Assembly: GCA_029261995.1 (NCBI GenBank)
Contig: JAJDAF010000010.1
Span: 196,767 to 260,766 of the forward strand
Direction: 5' to 3'
Source: Candidatus Zhuqueibacterota bacterium
Lineage (GTDB): Bacteria > Zhuqueibacterota > Zhuqueibacteria > Oceanimicrobiales > Oceanimicrobiaceae
DNA: 64,000 bases
Part shown: positions 58,308 to 64,000 of the stretch, piece by piece
Position numbering within the stretch: the first letter of the stretch is position 1
Layout of the letters: every line of letters begins with the position of its first letter
The notes under the pieces: model-generated
Told to the model about the DNA's origin: nothing
The model's database searches: none
Seen by the model: the letters and a program-made list of their open reading frames with translations, nothing else
Program-made: the position numbers and the translations under genes

Positions 58308-58555
58308 ATAACCTCCAATGTTAGTTGCCAGGTACAGGATTTGGTTCACGCCTGCCGCCTGACTGGTCCGGTGATGACGGAATTGGGTCCGAAAATTCGA
58401 ATTCAGAATGTCAAAATTAGCAAATCCGAACTCCAATGTCAATCTATTTGACGCCGACTCGCATGCAGGCCTGGTAGGAAATGGCGTGATAGCGCTTGTG
58501 CCTGTTCCCGGTTTTTCTTATCTTCGACTTCTTACAGATGGAGAAAAAAATCTCA

Positions 58556-59590
58556 ATGAATTTGAAAGGCCTCGATCTCCCGGAACTGCAGGGCTTTGTT
58601 GAGGCACAGGGCCAGCCGCGATTTCGTGGCCAGCAGCTTTTTCGCTGGCTCTACGGTGGGAATGCCCGCTCATTCGCCGATATGACCAACCTGCCAAAGG
58701 GTTTGCGAGAGAATCTGGCGTCCGCCGCTGACCTGAGCGCGGTCGAGGTTGTGGACAAGCGCCAGTCCCGGGATGGCCAATCCGTGAAATTTTTGTTCAG
58801 GCTCCAGGACCGCCAGGTCGTCGAATCGGTTTGGATGACTGATGCAGGCCGGACAACCCTCTGCCTCTCGACCCAGGTTGGATGCGCCATCGACTGCAAA
58901 TTCTGCGCGACCGGTTCGCTTGGGCTTAACCGAAACCTGACTGCGGGCGAAATTGTGGACCAGCTTCTGGTAACGCAACTTGAGACCGGGCAGCAGATTT
59001 CGAACATCGTTTTCATGGGCATGGGCGAGCCGTTGCAAAACTACGACAATGTTTTGAAGGCATGTTCTTTAATTTGTCATCAGGATGGCCCTGCCATGTC
59101 GCGGCGTCATATCGTGATTTCGACCAGCGGCATCATCCCAAAGATTCGCCAATTCGCAGATGAAGGTCACAAGTATAGGTTGGCCATCTCCTTGAACGCA
59201 ACTACTGATGAAGTCAGATCGCGCCTGATGCCGCTCAACCAACGTTGGCCTCTTGGCGAACTGTTCAAAGCGGCGAAATACTACGCTGAGAAATCTTCAG
59301 AACTGGTCACGTTCGAATATGTTTTGCTGCGGGGAATCAACGATTCGGTAGAAGACGCTTTCAGGCTCAAGAAGTACTTGGCTGGGTTGAAGTGTAAACT
59401 GAATCTTATTCCCTACAACGAGGCGGTCGGAGAGTTTCAACGCCCGGCAAAGAGATATATCGAGCGATTCTATGAGATGCTTTCGGGCATGCGGGCGCCG
59501 GTGATGATCCGTTGGAGCAAGGGAGACGATATTGAAGCTGGCTGTGGCCAGCTTGCAGCCAAAGCCACGCCGGCTCACTCTGCTGTATGA
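58556..59590 (+). CDS. rlmN: 23S rRNA m2A2503 radical SAM methyltransferase
   Basis: STQVGCAIDCKFC, MGMGEP, AGCGQL; start 58538 or 58556. Confidence 0.96.
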   Translation: MNLKGLDLPELQGFVEAQGQPRFRGQQLFRWLYGGNARSFADMTNLPKGLRENLASAADLSAVEVVDKRQSRDGQSVKFLFRLQDRQVVESVWMTDAGRTTLCLSTQVGCAIDCKFCATGSLGLNRNLTAGEIVDQLLVTQLETGQQISNIVFMGMGEPLQNYDNVLKACSLICHQDGPAMSRRHIVISTSGIIPKIRQFADEGHKYRLAISLNATTDEVRSRLMPLNQRWPLGELFKAAKYYAEKSSELVTFEYVLLRGINDSVEDAFRLKKYLAGLKCKLNLIPYNEAVGEFQRPAKRYIERFYEMLSGMRAPVMIRWSKGDDIEAGCGQLAAKATPAHSAV

Positions 59591-60624
59591 TTGCTAGCGT
59601 GCGAGTCGGAACAGGTTTCCGCAAGTTGTTCAAGGACGACAGCACACCGCTTTTTTTGTTCTCCGCTCAATGTGATTCTGCTGACAAATCGACACTGCTC
59701 CTGTGCCTTTTGACGCTTTTCAAGTTTCATGTAGATTTGAGAAAGATTTTTGCGACAGGTTAGTTCGTTGACTGGCGACAGAACTCCGCCTGAATGCAGC
59801 GAGGCAAGAATTCGTTCATAGTAAAACGCGGCTTCATTCCACCGTTTCAATTTTTTGTTGAGTTTTGCTGCGCACCACAGGAAAATTCTGCTGTCAGGGA
59901 ACTCCGCAAGAACGTCATTGATTGTATTCAGTCCTTCCTGGTAGCGCTGCTCATCAATAAATATCCAGCAAATGCCGTTCATCGCACTGTACCGTGAGAA
60001 GCGGCTTCTGGTCATCGCAAGTTTGATGAGGCGTATTCCTTCCTCTCGTGAGTCTTCCACAAAAGGCAGCCACGTGAAGTGGCGGTTCAGTCGGCTCAGA
60101 TAGTATTTGTATGTGCCTAGTCCGAGGTAGGCATCATAAAGCGTGGAGTCTTTGGCAACCGCAGCTTCAAGGGCAGCAACACTTCGCTTTGCGGTTTGAA
60201 ATGCCTCCCAATACTTGTTTTGTTTGGCGCGATAGAAAGAGAGATAGCCGTAGCTTGCTCCCAGAAAAAAGTGGGTCCATGCATCGTCGCTGTCCTGCCT
60301 GAGTTTGCGTTTGGCCAAGCCGATGGTTTTGCGCAGCAATTCCAGGAATTCCTTTTCCTGCGTGTAAGACTCGTAGTCCATCATTCTTGTCTGCAGGATG
60401 GCAGCACGTAGAAAGTAGCCAACCGGATTGTCCACCTGCTCCTGTTCAAGTCGATTTGCAAGCAGCAACGCCTCATCATAAGATTGTTCGATGCTGAGGC
60501 GAATGCCCGCGGCGAGCAGGCTATCCGTGTTCTGCGACAGCAAAGACTGGCTCATGGCAGGCTCAGCAGTCAACGCCATAGATGTAAGGGCGAGAAGGTT
60601 CAACCATTTTGGCAAGGATTTCAA
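59575..60624 (-). CDS. Exported TPR-like protein
   Basis: Signal peptide, helical repeats (DAYLGLG.Y.Y). Confidence 0.75.
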   Translation of the reverse strand: MKSLPKWLNLLALTSMALTAEPAMSQSLLSQNTDSLLAAGIRLSIEQSYDEALLLANRLEQEQVDNPVGYFLRAAILQTRMMDYESYTQEKEFLELLRKTIGLAKRKLRQDSDDAWTHFFLGASYGYLSFYRAKQNKYWEAFQTAKRSVAALEAAVAKDSTLYDAYLGLGTYKYYLSRLNRHFTWLPFVEDSREEGIRLIKLAMTRSRFSRYSAMNGICWIFIDEQRYQEGLNTINDVLAEFPDSRIFLWCAAKLNKKLKRWNEAAFYYERILASLHSGGVLSPVNELTCRKNLSQIYMKLEKRQKAQEQCRFVSRITLSGEQKKRCAVVLEQLAETCSDSHASNHTAE

Positions 60625-60938
60625 GCCTGGATCCTCATAGAAATGATGGGGCCGATGTAATTAGGTCGTGCTGATCCTGCTTAAACCAGCGGGGAGTGTT
60701 TCGGTTTCAAATGTTGCAATAGTGACAATCGTGGACTCGCGCAAGGAAATATTTGCAATTTAGAAAAAACAAAGTATATTAGGCATAATCGTGCCAGCAG
60801 TGGCTGCAACGTCATACGGTTGCTTCAGATTTGGTCTGTGGCCACGCGTCCAAGTATGGTACTTTTCATCCAAGGTAGGTAAATTTCACTGATTTTCGTA
60901 AGAATTTTCCATCAACGATGGATATTGCTATTTTTTTC

Positions 60939-60967
60939 TTGACAAAAGAGTTCGAATTTATTACATT
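60939..60967 (+). promoter_or_regulatory. sigma70-type promoter of the M23 peptidase gene
   Basis: TTGACA-N17-TACATT. Confidence 0.55.
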
Positions 60968-61161
60968 CGAGTCATACTGATTGCTTCAGATAGTCCTGCC
61001 TTGCTTTGAGGAAACGATTTAATCAAATTTCGTTGTTTTCAACTGTGATTTTTGCTGATCTCGATGATTTGTGGTGCGCCTAGGATGGTGCTGTTCATTG
61101 CTACTGGTAAACTGCGAAGTTGAGTTGTCGCTCGTCTGTCTATTGAGGAAGGGCTAACGCC

Positions 61162-62082
61162 ATGAGTACCAAGAAAGTCAAACTAATATACTTTTCATTG
61201 AAGGATTCCAAGTCAAAACAATTGGAACTGACTTGGGGAAGCTTCTTTTCCATTCTGGCCGCCTTCTTCGTGCTGCTTCTTTTTCTTGTATCGAGTTCTC
61301 TCGCATTTTTTACAGACTTCTATCACAACCTCGAGATTTCTTCTCTGACTAAGACAAACCTTCATTTGATGAGTCAGTTGGGTGATATGGATGGCAAGCT
61401 TGCAGGGATTGAAGGCAGGGTGACGAATTTGGAGAGGGAAGATGACAATCTCCGAATCATAGCGGATTTACCAAAGATTGACGAAGACACCCGCGACGTC
61501 GGCGTCGGTGGTGTCATACCGGTAAACTATGAATTTCCAATGGCCGAGAAGGATCTTTCGGACCAAGTAGGCAACTATCAGGATATTCTCGCCAAGATGG
61601 AACGGCGCCTGGAGTTGACAAAGCATAGCCGCGAAGAGATAAGGACCAAGCTGGAACACAACAAGAACGTCATGAAACACACACCGTCAATCCGGCCGTT
61701 GCTGGGTGGGCGTCTCAAGGACAAATTCGGATTTCGCTTGCACCCGCTCTTGGAAAAAGTCAGACACCACAAAGGTATAGACATTGCCGCCGAACGAGGC
61801 ACTGAGGTTTTTGCAACAGCGGCAGGTAAGGTCGATAAGGTCGTGACTAAGTACAAGAAGAATCAAGGGTGGGGGAAATATGTCATGATCGACCACGGGT
61901 TCGGCATCAAAACCCTGTATGGCCATTTGTCGAAAGTCTTGGTTAGGCAAGGTCAGGAAATAGATCGTTGGAAACCGATTGGTTTGGTGGGTGAAACCGG
62001 GTTGGCGACGGGGCCCCATCTTCACTACGAAGTCAGGAAGGATGGCACGCACATCGATCCCCTGACTTACATTCTCAACTAG
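61162..62082 (+). CDS. M23 peptidoglycan endopeptidase with TM and coiled coil
   Basis: HKGID, TLYGHLS, TGPHLHYEV. Confidence 0.94.
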   Translation: MSTKKVKLIYFSLKDSKSKQLELTWGSFFSILAAFFVLLLFLVSSSLAFFTDFYHNLEISSLTKTNLHLMSQLGDMDGKLAGIEGRVTNLEREDDNLRIIADLPKIDEDTRDVGVGGVIPVNYEFPMAEKDLSDQVGNYQDILAKMERRLELTKHSREEIRTKLEHNKNVMKHTPSIRPLLGGRLKDKFGFRLHPLLEKVRHHKGIDIAAERGTEVFATAAGKVDKVVTKYKKNQGWGKYVMIDHGFGIKTLYGHLSKVLVRQGQEIDRWKPIGLVGETGLATGPHLHYEVRKDGTHIDPLTYILN

Positions 62083-62101
62083 TCAAGCCTCTTTTGATTT
62101 G

Positions 62102-62134
62102 ACGCCCTGGCCTGTCCCGGGCGTTTTTTGTTTT
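62102..62134 (+). terminator. Rho-independent terminator
   Basis: ACGCCC...GGGCGT followed by a T-tract. Confidence 0.7.
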
Positions 62135-62195
62135 GGCACGAATCTTCTTCCAGTGGAAGATTCGCGATTTGGCAAACTGCTGGAGGGATGTTGGG

Positions 62196-63569
62196 ATGAA
62201 ATGGTATTCGATTTTTCTGGTTGCGGTCTCAGCTGTTGCTGTGACGGGTGACACGTTTTCCCAGGTCGTTCTGTCGGAAATCATGTTCAACCCAACGGGT
62301 AGTGAGTCAAGTGACGAATTCATCGAAATCGTGAATTTGTCTGACGTCGATGCGGTTGATTTGAGCGAGTGGGAGATTGGTGACGGCAACGGACGTGACA
62401 ATATCATCGTCCACTTGGGCGGATCCACCTTGCAGCCGGGGCAGTTCGCTCTAATCCTCGACCCATCCTATTTCGGTAATTCCACTTCCTACGACAATTT
62501 CATTGCTAGCGACGCGCTGATTATTACCATCGACAATTCGACCTTCGGTTCAAGCGGGTTATCAAACAGCAGCTCCGAAACCGTTATGTTGTTTGAGCCC
62601 TCAGGCACTGTCGTTTCCGAACGGAGCTATGGCCTCTCCGGAGCGGCCGGGTTTCCTGAAGAGAAAATCGATTTGTTTGGCGACGATTCAGCCACCAACT
62701 GGCGTCCCGGAAGGGTGTTCCTCGGGACACCTGGCGGGCCCAATAGCTCGACACTGGCGGCGCCGCTTAGTGTTGATATCAAAGTGAACGAAATTATGTA
62801 TTCGCCCCTGGCCGGCGAGCCAGAATGGCTCGAGGTCACCAACGTCGGTCGCCTGCCTTTGGACCTGACGCGTTGGGGAATATCTGACTCCGACACTTCG
62901 AGCAGGAGTTTTCTCGAGCGCCCGCTGACGTTAGCGCCCGGCGATTTCCTGGTGCTTGCGAGCGACTCATCCGTAGCTGATATCTTCGGTGTCCCTGATT
63001 CCTCGGTTCGAGAGTTGTCGGGTTTTCCCAGCCTGAACAATGATCTTGACAGCATCGTTCTATTTGACCTCCTGTCCCGACCGGTTGAAAGAGTAGACTA
63101 CAGGCGTGTTTGGGGCGGCGCCGACGGTGTCTCGCTTGAGAAAATTCGGCCGGAATTTCCCTCCAACGACAGCTCTAACTGGGCGAGTTCTGTCGCGTTC
63201 GCAACACCCGGAATGCGTAACAGCATTTTTGTTGAGACGTTGCCACCGACCTCAACACTTTCCGTTTCCCCAGATCCTTTTTCACCCGATGCCGATGGGC
63301 GCGATGATTTCACCGTGATCAGCTACGACCTGCCCGTCGCGACAGCAACCGTCAACCTCAAAGTTTACGACCTTCGGGGCAGACTGATCCGGTTTCTGGT
63401 AAACAACCGACCTGCGGCGGCTCACAGTAGCGTCACGTGGAACGGCGAGGACGATCGAGGCCAGGTTGCCCGCGTTGGAATTTACGTTGTGTTTCTGCAG
63501 GCACTGAATGCCCAAGCCGGTGTCTTGACAGCCCAAAAGCAGGCAGTGGTGCTGGCCAAGCAACTCTGA
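62196..63569 (+). CDS. Secreted tandem lamin-tail-domain protein with FlgD-like C-terminal domain
   Basis: Two LTD-like units (VLSEIMFNP..EFIEIVN; VNEIMY.P..EWLEV.N; TPG..NS); PDPFSPD.DG..W.G. Confidence 0.85.
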   Translation: MKWYSIFLVAVSAVAVTGDTFSQVVLSEIMFNPTGSESSDEFIEIVNLSDVDAVDLSEWEIGDGNGRDNIIVHLGGSTLQPGQFALILDPSYFGNSTSYDNFIASDALIITIDNSTFGSSGLSNSSSETVMLFEPSGTVVSERSYGLSGAAGFPEEKIDLFGDDSATNWRPGRVFLGTPGGPNSSTLAAPLSVDIKVNEIMYSPLAGEPEWLEVTNVGRLPLDLTRWGISDSDTSSRSFLERPLTLAPGDFLVLASDSSVADIFGVPDSSVRELSGFPSLNNDLDSIVLFDLLSRPVERVDYRRVWGGADGVSLEKIRPEFPSNDSSNWASSVAFATPGMRNSIFVETLPPTSTLSVSPDPFSPDADGRDDFTVISYDLPVATATVNLKVYDLRGRLIRFLVNNRPAAAHSSVTWNGEDDRGQVARVGIYVVFLQALNAQAGVLTAQKQAVVLAKQL

Positions 63570-63689
63570 AGTTATTTTCCTTCCACAAATTCATACACCT
63601 TCATCTCCCTTTTCAACTCACTTGACTTACCATTTTTTTTGTTGGATTTTTGTAGGCGATCATGTATATTTATTACTTTTCGTAATTAT

Positions 63690-64000
63690 ATGCTGATCGC
63701 TGAGAACATAGAACGAGTCCGCGCCAGAATTGACCAAACATGCCGCAAAGCGGGGCGGAGCCTCGATGAAGTGACCCTCATTGCGGTCACGAAAACGGTT
63801 GGGATTTCACAAATAGAAAAAGCCCTGGCCGCAGGAATTACCAGCGTCGGTGAAAATCGTGTTCAGGAGGCCTGGACCAAATACAACCAGGTAGAAGTGC
63901 CGGCCGACTGGCACTTGATTGGACATTTGCAGACGAACAAAGTAAAAAGAGCCCTGCAGTTTGCGAACATGATTCATTCCGTTGACAGCATCCGGTTGGC
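63690..64000 (+). CDS. yggS: PLP homeostasis protein YggS, N-terminal part (runs off the window)
   Basis: MLIAENIERVR...LIAVTK...GENRVQE...WHLIGHLQTNKVK...IHSVD. Confidence 0.93.
   Translation, partial: MLIAENIERVRARIDQTCRKAGRSLDEVTLIAVTKTVGISQIEKALAAGITSVGENRVQEAWTKYNQVEVPADWHLIGHLQTNKVKRALQFANMIHSVDSIRL

Noticed and set aside
62134..62148. TGGCACG-AATC-TTCT sigma54-like site before the lamin-tail gene
   Set aside because: The -12 GC is replaced by CT, and the site overlaps the upstream terminator tail

Overview
Chromosomal window of about 55% GC (visual estimate) from a diderm bacterium. The repeated secreted proteins with a 'QNYPNPFNP...WDG...SG.Y.Y' C-terminal domain, the dockerin/cohesin modules and the 'YISSMGWG' STAS protein suggest an FCB-superphylum lineage such as candidate division KSB1 or Calditrichota (inference, not verified). 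It carries about 50 CDS plus tRNA-Leu(CAG), with no integrase, transposase or CRISPR array. Housekeeping genes: smpB, tyrS, rlmB, rlmN, hslR, leuB, trkA/trkH, yggS, moxR/DUF58. Most notable: (1) a five-gene cluster at 38.6-43.4 kb joining a low-potential Rieske/cytochrome b(+2 heme c) complex to a diheme cytochrome, a CX4CH heme lipoprotein and an outer-membrane beta-barrel fused to a CX4CH heme domain, a candidate quinone-to-outer-membrane electron conduit; (2) the 3' end of an Agl/Glt-like (ExbD-ExbD-FHA/TonB) motor cluster; (3) a sigma54-driven surface operon opposite a catalytically degenerate enhancer-binding protein; (4) a secreted dockerin/cohesin pair on a lower-GC segment; (5) two long structured non-coding leaders that share a short motif. 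All calls come from motif recognition by eye; no database search was run.
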